From the NCBI GenBank assembly GCA_963703315.1, contig OY969811.1, positions 2,496,001 to 2,560,000 of the forward strand: DNA of 64,000 bases. Direction: 5' to 3'. The stretch is from an uncultured cyanobacterium (GTDB lineage Bacteria; Cyanobacteriota; Cyanobacteriia; Pseudanabaenales; Pseudanabaenaceae). Positions 41,259-50,567 of this stretch are shown here, piece after piece; the stretch's first letter is position 1, and every line of letters begins with the position of its first letter. The translations under genes were made by a program, and so were the position numbers. The notes beneath the pieces are model-generated. The model was not told where the DNA came from and searched no databases. It saw nothing but the letters and a program-made list of their open reading frames with translations.

Positions 41259-41418
41259 TACACCAAACCCAAGAGAGGTTGCGGCGCGGAGCGCCGTAAC
41301 CTCTCTTGGGTTTGGTTTTCAATTCACGAAAGGGTTGTCACGCTTTCGTGAATTGAAAACCAAACCCAGTAAGGGTTTTTAAAGCTAAAAATGGCGTAGC
41401 CATTTTTAGCTTTGATAT
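41259..41418. repeat. Composite three-hairpin repeat element
   Basis: Hairpins with loops GGA, a ttcacgaaag...ctttcgtgaa arm, and ggc-GTA-gcc; related to 17501-17603. Confidence 0.85.
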
Positions 41419-41864
41419 TAGGAGCCTTTGGAAGCTTGTAACTCGTTGATTTGTATATTTTGAGTGCGAATTCGACGAGATAATAAACGGATAATATTTA
41501 CGGCAATATCAGGAGTTTCATCGATCGCCTCATATAGTTGTTGCTGGGTTAATACTAGACAATCACAATTAGAAATCGCCGTGACTGATGCTGATCGCGG
41601 CTCGGCATCAAACAGTGACATTTCGCCAAAGCAGCTACCTTTCTCTAAAATTGCCAGATCTTTATCACCGATATGCACACGCACCTTACCCGCAGTCACA
41701 ATATATAGCGATCGCCCTTCTTGACCTTGAGCAAAGATCATTTTATTAGAAGGGTAGGATACTTCATTCATGATTGAAGCTAGACGCACCAAAAATTCAT
41801 CCCGCAATTCCTTAAAAATCGGAACTCCTCTTACCAATAGCAATCGCTCAATACTGGTTAGCAT
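41418..41864 (-). CDS. Stand-alone cyclic-nucleotide-binding domain protein
   Basis: MLTSIERLLLVRGVPIF start, FGEMSLFDAEPRSASV; no HTH. Confidence 0.9.
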   Translation of the reverse strand: MLTSIERLLLVRGVPIFKELRDEFLVRLASIMNEVSYPSNKMIFAQGQEGRSLYIVTAGKVRVHIGDKDLAILEKGSCFGEMSLFDAEPRSASVTAISNCDCLVLTQQQLYEAIDETPDIAVNIIRLLSRRIRTQNIQINELQASKGS

Positions 41865-41867
41865 TGC

Positions 41868-44800
41868 CTAAGACTCCCCATATCCATTTGGTTTGCCGCC
41901 CATTCTGGCTTTTATCTCAGTATCTATATCCTTGTTGTCATGGGAATTATCACTTAGATTTAGGGTGTTTTTCCCATTATTTTGAAAATAGTAGGAAATT
42001 GCCCTTGCTTGAGCAAGTACCAAAGAATCTCGATCTTTTAATAGGCGTGGCAAAACCTTGATCAGCGATCGCGGTGAAGCGATCTGCAAATAAGAGATCA
42101 CAGCCTCCCTGACAAAGCCTGTAGGGTGTTCTAAGGAATTTAGCATTACTTCAGCAGGCAAGCTCCAAAACCGCGTTCTCGCGAGATGAAAACAGCAAGC
42201 TAAAGTCCAATCTGAAAGACAATAGCGTAACTCCACAAGCTGGTGTAAACGGTTAAGTGGTGTTAAAGGGGTATAGGAAAAAATGGTAGAGAGAATGTTT
42301 AACTTGTCAGCGATCGAGCGATTGTCAATTACCGACAAAATAATTTGCTTAACGCTTAAATCAACGGTATTGTCCAAAATCTCGATACCACGAGCAAGGC
42401 TGCCCTTAGAACCAGACAGAATATTAAAAGAAGCTGCTTGAATCGCCGATGAAGGATACAGCAATTTCATCAGCAGAAAAATTCTTTCTAAAGCATTGAT
42501 TGACTCATTCTGTAAAGACTCTATCAATAAACCGACTTCTGTAGATGTAACATTATCTTCGGAAATATCTCCAGAAATATCCGCAATTCCCGACCAAGCT
42601 TCATGCATTATGTTCAGTTCTTGCTTCACCATTTTTTCAACGCCACTACGCCCGATCATTTCCAGAATTATTTCAATCCCCTGTTCTTGAGGAATCCGAA
42701 TGAGGGTACGCAAAATTTGCCGCCGATGTTTACCCCAAGAGGTTTCTAAGTTACTAGCGAGTACTGAGATAGAAGCTTGGGTTCCGATTTCTCCCAAAAT
42801 GTCCCATGCTTGGATGCGGACATTATCAGGACTGCGATCGCTACGGGTAAACTCTAGCAGTGAAGTAATCGCATCATCACCAAGAGTGACTAGAGCCTCA
42901 TGGGCAGCCTTGCGGGTGGCTTTGTAATGTAAGCCACGAATAACCGATGGGAAATATTCACTAGCACGAGTAGCAGCGATCGCTCTGAGTAAGGCGCAAC
43001 GCACCTCAATCGAGGGATCTTGCAATAACTGCGGTACATAAAACCGCAAAGACTGCATAAAAGCGGCTTCTGCTAAAGCTCGGCAGCCCAATACCCTTTC
43101 AGGCTGAGAGGAACTAGTGATCATGTGCCGCAAAGTATTCGTCGCCTCAGCCACCTGTGTCGGATCTCCTAGCCGCATCATCAAAGCCACTGCTGTGCCG
43201 CGAATAATCGGATTTTGCTCAGGACCAAGATATTTCCGCAAGCTATTAATATCACGATTTTTTTCATCAGCAATTAATACATAACGCAAACATAAAGCCT
43301 GCACCTGTGGTGAAGCATTGGGCGATTGCATTACTTCATGAATATAGGGTAAATACTTGGCATCAGGATTTTCCAGCATGGCATCCAGACTTTGTGACTG
43401 CAAGTCTGGAGTCATCTGGGACAACATGGGCGCAAGGGACTCACTTACATTCTGCGGGGCAATTTGGATCAGCAGATCAATATAAACTGATTGCTCGGTT
43501 TGCGTTTCTGCCCTTGACATGGATTCTGATACTGCCCGTCTCAGTTCGCGAGTATCGACAGTCATTAAGCTGAGCTGTCCGCGCTCTACACTCTGAATCA
43601 AGAGATCGAGATAGCCGCGTCTTAGTAACCAAATAATTACGACCCAGACCACCGCAACTAAGACAATTACGGCAGCAAACCAATGGGGATTAATGCCTAT
43701 GGATTTAAAAGGAACACCTGCAAACCACTGAAAGAAAATATCAGAACTAATCGCCCTTGCTTTAAAAAATTCCCCGACCACTAAAATTAATAGTCCTGCC
43801 CCACCAGTTGCCAAAGGGTCAGCGATGCCTCTGACAAAGGATTGGATTTGACTACGAAACTGATCTGGCAATGCCTGAAATAGAGTTGGGGCAGTCGCTG
43901 CGACGATGGTAAACCGAAATAATTCGTCAAAGAACTTGAGGATGACAAAGCCCCACAACAATCCCAAGGGAGCTAATCCCGCGAGTGTACCTGTAATGAT
44001 GATGCCAATCGGGGGCATTAGTACCGCAAAAAATACACCAATCCGCTCAATCAGACGACTAGAGCCAAAAAGCTGGAGAGCCAGCTTAAAAACTCCCATA
44101 ATTCCGCCAAAAATGCCTAAAAAGCTACCGATCGCTGCTTCAGTTTTTAGATGAAATTCGAGTTGTGCCTGATACTGAAACTCGATCATAAAAAACAAAA
44201 CTTGGGCTGCCACAAAAAATCCAAACAAGAGCCAGACGTATTTACGCAGGTTGCCTTGTAATGGACGCTTAGCAATTTCGCTATCTTCGCCACTGTTATA
44301 TACAGAATTAGGAAATGCTTGGCGATAGCGCGTACTTAGGTAAAAGAGTACACATGACCCAGTTAACAGCATTAAACAAGTCGCGAGGGTCATATTGGCA
44401 ACTCCTCCCAAAGTCACCAAAAAAGGGTAGGAAAAACCGCCGATAATCTCAGCAACGATAATGCCTGTACTAATTAATGGAAATGCTCGTTTAATTTCAC
44501 GGATATTAAATAATTGGTTGGCGGCAATGTCATTATTGATATTACTAAGTACATAAATGCCCTCAACCCATAGGCGAATACCAAATACTGCGGCTAAGTA
44601 TACCCATTGACCTTTTTGCATCAGTCCCATCCATGCAAGGGGCAGGGGCAATGCTAATAGTATGGAAATGCCCAACATGACCCACCGCAAAGGAAACAGC
44701 TTTTGCAACCATGAGTAAAAAACTCCAAAAGCAGTAATTACGAAAGCCGTTGCCATGTAAACCCAAGTGAGATTTTCGGCTTTATAGGCTTCAAGGAATA

Positions 44801-44960
44801 AGGTGGAACTAGAATATTCGAGCCATACTGCTCCAATCGATGTTGCGCCGTAAAATAAAAACATCAAAAGTGTGCGTTCAGCTTCATCTGGACGCAGGTT
44901 GATGATTTTTAAGAATCGACGCATTACAGAATTAGAGTCGGGAATGGCAGATGCATTCAT
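41868..44960 (-). CDS. NTT/TLC-like (Npt1/Npt2-type) MFS transporter fused to HEAT repeats
   Basis: About 12 TM helices with the ANQLFNIREIKRAFPLI motif, followed by HEAT/ARM repeats (LLQDPSIEVRCALL, HPTGFVREA). Confidence 0.8.
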   Translation of the reverse strand: MNASAIPDSNSVMRRFLKIINLRPDEAERTLLMFLFYGATSIGAVWLEYSSSTLFLEAYKAENLTWVYMATAFVITAFGVFYSWLQKLFPLRWVMLGISILLALPLPLAWMGLMQKGQWVYLAAVFGIRLWVEGIYVLSNINNDIAANQLFNIREIKRAFPLISTGIIVAEIIGGFSYPFLVTLGGVANMTLATCLMLLTGSCVLFYLSTRYRQAFPNSVYNSGEDSEIAKRPLQGNLRKYVWLLFGFFVAAQVLFFMIEFQYQAQLEFHLKTEAAIGSFLGIFGGIMGVFKLALQLFGSSRLIERIGVFFAVLMPPIGIIITGTLAGLAPLGLLWGFVILKFFDELFRFTIVAATAPTLFQALPDQFRSQIQSFVRGIADPLATGGAGLLILVVGEFFKARAISSDIFFQWFAGVPFKSIGINPHWFAAVIVLVAVVWVVIIWLLRRGYLDLLIQSVERGQLSLMTVDTRELRRAVSESMSRAETQTEQSVYIDLLIQIAPQNVSESLAPMLSQMTPDLQSQSLDAMLENPDAKYLPYIHEVMQSPNASPQVQALCLRYVLIADEKNRDINSLRKYLGPEQNPIIRGTAVALMMRLGDPTQVAEATNTLRHMITSSSQPERVLGCRALAEAAFMQSLRFYVPQLLQDPSIEVRCALLRAIAATRASEYFPSVIRGLHYKATRKAAHEALVTLGDDAITSLLEFTRSDRSPDNVRIQAWDILGEIGTQASISVLASNLETSWGKHRRQILRTLIRIPQEQGIEIILEMIGRSGVEKMVKQELNIMHEAWSGIADISGDISEDNVTSTEVGLLIESLQNESINALERIFLLMKLLYPSSAIQAASFNILSGSKGSLARGIEILDNTVDLSVKQIILSVIDNRSIADKLNILSTIFSYTPLTPLNRLHQLVELRYCLSDWTLACCFHLARTRFWSLPAEVMLNSLEHPTGFVREAVISYLQIASPRSLIKVLPRLLKDRDSLVLAQARAISYYFQNNGKNTLNLSDNSHDNKDIDTEIKARMGGKPNGYGES

Positions 44961-44984
44961 AGGTGAGGGCGATCGTTTGACGAT

Positions 44985-45815
44985 ATGGTACTACAAGAAC
45001 GCAAATCTACAATGACAGCTATTTTGCCAATCACCTCAATTTCTCAAGGACATCTCAATGTCTGGGAAACTTGTCAGCGTAAGTATCAATATAGTTTTTT
45101 AGAGGAGTTGAGTTTACCTGAAGCCGATTTGCAGCATAAAAAAAATTTGTTGTTAGGGGCAAATTTTCACTTACTGATGCAGCAAAAAGAGCTAGGGCTA
45201 GATGTATTTGACTTAGCAAGTAGTGAGGCTAAGTTACAGTCATGGCTAACCGCTTTTGACAATCAACCACCACAGATGATTGACGGCGATCGCCTCTGTG
45301 AGCATCGACGTACGTTAGAAGTTACGTTAGAAAATAACTTAGAAACGTCGCTGCATCATAGTGACAATCAAAATTTTGGTCAAGGGTATTTTGTCTTAAC
45401 TGCCATCTATGACTTTTTGATTTTGGGCGATCGCCAAGCGCAAATCCTTGATTGGAAAACCCATCAAGTGGCGATCGCTGAAGATAAGTTAAAACTCAAC
45501 TGGCAAACCCGTCTTTATCTATATTTATTAGCTAAAACAACTAATTACGCACCTGAGCAGTTATCGATGACCTATTGGTTTGCGAATACTGCCAAATCCG
45601 TAATTATTTCTTATACTCAAGCTGAGCATGATCGTACTGAAAAGAGATTACGGCAAATTTTGACAGAAATTGCCCAGTCTCAGGAATACTCAAAATTAGA
45701 GCTTCACAATTCCACTTGTAAAAATTGTGAATTTCGCGATCGCTGCGATCGGGGGAATATATTCACTAGTTCTATAGCCAGCAATATCGAAGATATTCCC
45801 GAAGTCACAATCTGA
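44985..45815 (+). CDS. PD-(D/E)XK nuclease (AddB/Cas4-like, with 4-Cys motif)
   Basis: SQGHL..WETCQRKY, G..FH, YDFL...ILDWKT, QTRLY and CKNCEFRDRC. The start may be ATG 45012. Confidence 0.85.
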   Translation: MVLQERKSTMTAILPITSISQGHLNVWETCQRKYQYSFLEELSLPEADLQHKKNLLLGANFHLLMQQKELGLDVFDLASSEAKLQSWLTAFDNQPPQMIDGDRLCEHRRTLEVTLENNLETSLHHSDNQNFGQGYFVLTAIYDFLILGDRQAQILDWKTHQVAIAEDKLKLNWQTRLYLYLLAKTTNYAPEQLSMTYWFANTAKSVIISYTQAEHDRTEKRLRQILTEIAQSQEYSKLELHNSTCKNCEFRDRCDRGNIFTSSIASNIEDIPEVTI

Positions 45816-45816
45816 A

Positions 45817-45921
45817 GTATAGAGGGTTTTATTTTGCCTAAGGCAAAATAAAACCCTCTATACCTTTACTGGGACTGATTTTTTGTTTTCCAATGATTAC
45901 GCAATCATTGGAAAATCGCTA
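45817..45921. repeat. Double-hairpin intergenic repeat (related fragment at 30900-30950)
   Basis: gtatagagggttttattttgcc-TAA-ggcaaaataaaaccctctatac and ttttccaatgatt...aatcattggaaaa. Confidence 0.75.
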
Positions 45922-46001
45922 CGAGCAAAAATTCTTGATCAGCAAGATGTTATTTTTTCGGTAATCTGGAGGATCTACCAAAAAAATTAAATCGAGGTGC
46001 A

Positions 46002-47759
46002 TTGTTGACAACGCCCCCATCTGCCCCATTTGCTCTTGCCCCACGCCCTCATGGATTAGCACGATTTCTCCCAATTATTGTTGTGTTGAGGAATTACAAA
46101 CTTCCTTGGCTCATGCAAGATATTAGTGCTGGTCTAGTATTGACTGCAATTCTCATACCCGCAGGTATGGGTTATGCCACCGCCGCAGGATTACCAGCCA
46201 TTTATGGACTATATGCCACGATTGTTCCTTTAATTGCCTATGCTATTTTTGGTCCTAGTCGGATTTTGGTTTTAGGTCCAGACTCAGCGCTCATTCCTCT
46301 AATTGCTGCCACAGTCTTACCCTTAGCCAATGGTGATCCGATTAGAGCGATCGCGATCGCAGGGATGCTTTCAATTCTGTCGGGGGGAATGTGTATTATT
46401 GCGGGTATTGCCAGATTTGGATTTATTACAGAATTACTATCTAAGCCAATTCGTTATGGATATCTTAATGGAATTGCACTGACAGTCTTAATTGGACAAT
46501 TGCCTAAGATTTTTGGATTTTCCGTAGATGGCAATACGATTTGGGAAGAATTAGTTGATTTTGTGCAAGGTGTGAATAGTGGCAAAACTAACATCACTGC
46601 CTTAGCGATCGGTTTGTCTTGCTTGACGGTAATCCTAGTTTTGAAACGATTGGCTCCGAAAGTTTCGGGAGTATTGATTGCAGTGGTTGGCGCAACTGTA
46701 GTTAGTTCTCTCTTCGATCTATCGCATCGAACGGGCATCTCTGTCATTGGAGTTTTACCCCAAGGCTTACCCACTTTTCAAATTCCGAATATTGCGCCAT
46801 TAGAATTTAAGACCTTGCTTTCTAGTGCCTTGGCGATCGCCTTAGTATCTTTTGCGGATTTGAGTGTATTGTCGCGGACTTTTGCCATACGGGGAGGCTA
46901 CAAAGTTGATCGCAATCAAGAACTAATTGCTCTTGGCATTGCTAACATTGCATCGGGATTATTTCAAGGATTTTCCGTTAGTAGCAGCGCATCACGGACA
47001 CCCGTTGCTGAGGCAGCAGGTTCAAAAACTCAAATTACGGGAGTTGTAGGAGCAATTTGTATTGCTTTAGTTTTACTATTTGCGCCAAGTCTGTTACAAA
47101 ATCTGCCTCAATCGGCTTTGAGTGCTGTAGTTATTTCCGCAGGATTAGCGATTTTTGAAATCTGGGGGACGTTGCGCCTATACCAATTGCGACGATTTGA
47201 GTTTGTGCTATCGCTTGTCTGTTTTGTCGGTGTGGCATTACTAGGTGTCATCCAAGGAATATTCGGGGCAGTGGGTTTAGCATTTTTTGCCTTTGTCTGG
47301 AGTGCATGGCGACCGCACTATGCCGTACTTGGTCGTGTTGATGGCATTAAGGGCTATCACGATGTTTCGCGTCATCCTGAAGCGAGACGCATCCCTGGAT
47401 TAGTAATTTTTCGTTGGGATGCACCGTTGTTTTTTGCAAATGCGGAAATTTTTTGTGAAAGTTTAATGCGAGCCGTTGTCACTGCACCCACCATGACTAA
47501 CTGGGTATTAGTGGCGGCTGAGCCTGTGACAGATATTGATCTGACGGCGGCAGATGCGATCGCCGAACTCGATAAAACCCTCTGTCAAGCGGGAATAGAG
47601 TTATGTTTTGCGGAAATGAAGGGACCAAGTAAAGATCGCCTCAAACGTTACGGCTTATTTACTAAATTAGGAACTGAGAGTTTTTTCCCGACGATTGGGC
47701 AGGCGGTTGATGCTTATTTGGCTATCAATAAAGTTGAATGGAAAGATTGGGATGAATAG
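46002..47759 (+). CDS. SulP-family anion permease with STAS domain
   Basis: AGLPAIYGLY, FGPSR, DRNQELIALG and DAPLFFAN. TTG start. Confidence 0.92.
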   Translation: MLTTPPSAPFALAPRPHGLARFLPIIVVLRNYKLPWLMQDISAGLVLTAILIPAGMGYATAAGLPAIYGLYATIVPLIAYAIFGPSRILVLGPDSALIPLIAATVLPLANGDPIRAIAIAGMLSILSGGMCIIAGIARFGFITELLSKPIRYGYLNGIALTVLIGQLPKIFGFSVDGNTIWEELVDFVQGVNSGKTNITALAIGLSCLTVILVLKRLAPKVSGVLIAVVGATVVSSLFDLSHRTGISVIGVLPQGLPTFQIPNIAPLEFKTLLSSALAIALVSFADLSVLSRTFAIRGGYKVDRNQELIALGIANIASGLFQGFSVSSSASRTPVAEAAGSKTQITGVVGAICIALVLLFAPSLLQNLPQSALSAVVISAGLAIFEIWGTLRLYQLRRFEFVLSLVCFVGVALLGVIQGIFGAVGLAFFAFVWSAWRPHYAVLGRVDGIKGYHDVSRHPEARRIPGLVIFRWDAPLFFANAEIFCESLMRAVVTAPTMTNWVLVAAEPVTDIDLTAADAIAELDKTLCQAGIELCFAEMKGPSKDRLKRYGLFTKLGTESFFPTIGQAVDAYLAINKVEWKDWDE

Positions 47760-47811
47760 TTATGGATGGTGCTTTGCATCATCCATAACTATTAGGAAGG
47801 CTTAATTATTT

Positions 47812-47886
47812 GTAGGATGCGTTAGTGCAACGTAACGCATAAATTGGGTAAAGATGATGGGTTACGCTAGCGCTAACCCATCCTAC
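47812..47886. repeat. Inverted pair of GTAG-type REP sequences (REPIN-like)
   Basis: GTAGGATGCGTTAGTGCAACGTAACGCAT on + and GTAGGATGGGTTAGCGCTAGCGTAACCCATC on -. Confidence 0.8.
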
Positions 47887-47901
47887 ATTTAATTCTAACT
47901 A

Positions 47902-48108
47902 TTAGGACTTAATGGTAATCCAATCTTTTTTTAGTAAAGCCCGAAAGGTGGTGATGCCCTTAGAAAAGCCTTCGGGATCTTGTAGAGCATATTCGGGAAA
48001 TTCTTCGTAGTGTCGCCATTGTTCGGATGGGTCATGGCGTAAGTGGAGAACGCGATCGCTACCTTCTAATCTCCAAAGCATTTGACCACCACTATTCATA
48101 TCAGACAT
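47902..48108 (-). CDS. Small hypothetical protein
   Basis: 68 aa with strong AGGAGGAG RBS. Confidence 0.75.
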   Translation of the reverse strand: MSDMNSGGQMLWRLEGSDRVLHLRHDPSEQWRHYEEFPEYALQDPEGFSKGITTFRALLKKDWITIKS

Positions 48109-48205
48109 AATCTCCTCCTATTTGCTTAAACGAGAGAGCATTTAGCAATGGCATGATGAGCTACCGATTGCTAGCTCAATTTTGACGATCCCAATATTAA
48201 ATTCT

Positions 48206-48219
48206 GTAAAGATTGTTAC
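48206..48219. promoter_or_regulatory. Candidate NtcA box GTA-N8-TAC
   Basis: GTAAAGATTGTTAC in a divergent intergenic region; no canonical -10 at 22 nt. Confidence 0.35.
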
Positions 48220-48366
48220 TTTTAATATCGACTTTGTTGCCGAAATATTGTAGGCATAGCGATCGCTATATGGTAATGCAAGTTTTACTTAAGTGGCGGC
48301 GAGAAGTGCCGCCACTCATATTTAGTGTCAAAATAAATTCTAACGTTGCGAGATTGAGGCAAAACG

Positions 48367-50427
48367 ATGTCACTAAAAGCTGCTAAAGAGGCATTGTTGC
48401 GAAAACACTATACCGAAGCGATCGCGATCTTGACTGAATATAGCCAAGCAAATACCGATCAAACCAGTAAAGATTACGTGCAAGCGCAAATTTGGCTAGT
48501 GTCAGCCTATAAAAAAACAGGACGTGCTGATAAAGCGATCGCCATCTGTGAAGGTTTGGCAGCATCTTCTGATCCGCAGTTGCAAAAGTGGGCGCAGAAA
48601 TCCTTGACAACCCTGAGCGCACTGTTGGATGCACCCCCTGATGATCGGATCAAGCGCAATGAAGATGTTGATTCGGTCGTCAAGTCTGATCCTCGTCGCT
48701 ATCGCAAAAAGAACGTTAGCTTAGCCCTTCCCTCCCGTTACAGCTATTTTCTCATCGCGTCAATTATCGTTACGATTCTCACAGTGATTGGTTTACAGTT
48801 TTTAATTGGCTATGGAATTTCCAGAATTTTTACAGATTTCTTTTCGGCAGCTTGGTTCAATACAACGGCGATCGCCACAGGGGTATTGAGCATCTTGGGA
48901 TTTTTCATGTCACCTTGGATTATCGACATTACCCAAAGACAATATCACCGCATTCAATGGATTACCCTTGCTGATTTAGATGAGAAGAGTCCTGAATCAG
49001 TGGAAATCATTGAAGATTTTTGTGAGAAATACAATATTTTTGTACCGCGTTTGGGATGGATTGAAGACGATGCTCCTGTGGCTTTTACCTACGGAGTCAT
49101 TTCCAATTCGACCAGAATTGTCGTCAGTCGTGGTTTATTTGAATGTCTAGATGATGATGAAATTGCGGCGGTTTATGCTTATCAACTAGGGCGGATTCGG
49201 AATAAGAGTTTTGCCGTTTTGACCTTTGTTTCTGCCCCTGTCCAAGTTCTCTATTACATCTATGTATTACTGAGTCGTCAAAGTTATCGGGCTAAAAGCA
49301 TCAAACAAGTGTGGCAAATCGCAGCGACCTTTGCCAATGTTCTTTATTCCTTGAGTAACTATTTACTGATTTGGCTTTCCCATGCAAGTACGATTTTGAG
49401 CGATCGCTTTGCTTCAGAAATCACAGGCAATCCTAATGCTTTAGCCCGTGCCTTACCCAAGATGGCGCGACAAATGCTGCCCTACAATCAGCCCGCCATG
49501 CCCACCAATCGGCTTTTAGAATCAACTAGAGCCTTAGGTATTTGCGATCGCCAAACGATGATAGCGATCGGTTTAGCTATGGAAATCGCCCATGTTGGAC
49601 AAACTGATCAAAATCCCTATCGTGTATTTCTATGGGAAATGTTTAATCCTTGGCGGCGTTGGCTAGAGATTCATTCGACCCATCCCCTAGTTGGCAAGCG
49701 CCTGAGATTTCTGTCAGGATATTCTAAACAATTAGGGCTGGCAACAGAATATGATTTTGCGGAATTATTAAAAGAAGAGAGAAAACTCGATAAAAAACGT
49801 TTGTATGGTAGCTTTTGGCGGGATTTATTAATTCAAATTGCCCCAGTTCTTGGTATAGCGATCGCCGTGATTGTTGCGGTTCTTTTTTCGCAACTATATA
49901 ACCGATGGTTACTGCTAAGCCTATCGATGATTGGCTTAGGTTTAGGTTTTATGTTTCAAGGTAGTCTCCGCTATCCAGACTTTCGCCGCGTGGCTGATAC
50001 GGATTTGGTCAGCCTCTTAATCGATCCCTATGCTAGTTATGTGCAAGGCGCTCCTGTGCAAATTCCGGGAGAACTGCTCGGTTATGGGACTGATGATTTC
50101 TATATTGGCTATGCAGTACGTTTAGAAGATCAAGGCGGCTTAGCTTTTCTCAACTACATTCCCAATTTCCGTCAATGGCTGATTGATCCTTCCAATACAA
50201 TTAAAAATCTGGAAATGCTATGCGATCGCTCAGTAATTGCTTCAGGATGGTTTCGACGTGGTAAAGTCCCCGTTATCGATCTATCAACATTGCAACCAAT
50301 TACAGAAGATCGCCCTAAACAACGCGCTTCTCTCACCAGCTATCACCAATTTTGGAATAATATTGGTAGTTCCATCCTAGTTTTATTAGGGCTATCGATT
50401 TTACTTCTAACCTCAAGGCTGTTCTAG
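48367..50427 (+). CDS. TPR + M48/HtpX-like membrane protein with degenerate active site
   Basis: PVAFTYG, RIVVSRGL, TGNPNALARAL and STHPLVGKRL are present, but HExxH reads YQLGR. Confidence 0.82.
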   Translation: MSLKAAKEALLRKHYTEAIAILTEYSQANTDQTSKDYVQAQIWLVSAYKKTGRADKAIAICEGLAASSDPQLQKWAQKSLTTLSALLDAPPDDRIKRNEDVDSVVKSDPRRYRKKNVSLALPSRYSYFLIASIIVTILTVIGLQFLIGYGISRIFTDFFSAAWFNTTAIATGVLSILGFFMSPWIIDITQRQYHRIQWITLADLDEKSPESVEIIEDFCEKYNIFVPRLGWIEDDAPVAFTYGVISNSTRIVVSRGLFECLDDDEIAAVYAYQLGRIRNKSFAVLTFVSAPVQVLYYIYVLLSRQSYRAKSIKQVWQIAATFANVLYSLSNYLLIWLSHASTILSDRFASEITGNPNALARALPKMARQMLPYNQPAMPTNRLLESTRALGICDRQTMIAIGLAMEIAHVGQTDQNPYRVFLWEMFNPWRRWLEIHSTHPLVGKRLRFLSGYSKQLGLATEYDFAELLKEERKLDKKRLYGSFWRDLLIQIAPVLGIAIAVIVAVLFSQLYNRWLLLSLSMIGLGLGFMFQGSLRYPDFRRVADTDLVSLLIDPYASYVQGAPVQIPGELLGYGTDDFYIGYAVRLEDQGGLAFLNYIPNFRQWLIDPSNTIKNLEMLCDRSVIASGWFRRGKVPVIDLSTLQPITEDRPKQRASLTSYHQFWNNIGSSILVLLGLSILLLTSRLF

Positions 50428-50463
50428 CGCAAGGTTAGGACTTATGCAAACTAACTTTGGTAT

Positions 50464-50567
50464 TAAGTAGCTAGGCATAGTTAAAACCCAAAACCAGAGA
50501 TTGTGCCGCCCGCTACGCGGGCGGCACAATCTTCTAGGTTTTAAGTTTACTTATGCCTAGCTACTTA
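50464..50567. mobile_element. TAAGTAG-type MITE-like element, intact
   Basis: Perfect 16-bp TIR TAAGTAGCTAGGCATA / TATGCCTAGCTACTTA; central hairpin gattgtgccgcccgc-TAC-gcgggcggcacaatc. Confidence 0.85.

Noticed and set aside
44985..45815. Possible cas4 / CRISPR locus
   Set aside because: No repeat-spacer array or other cas genes in the window; the palindromes are dispersed, not regularly spaced.
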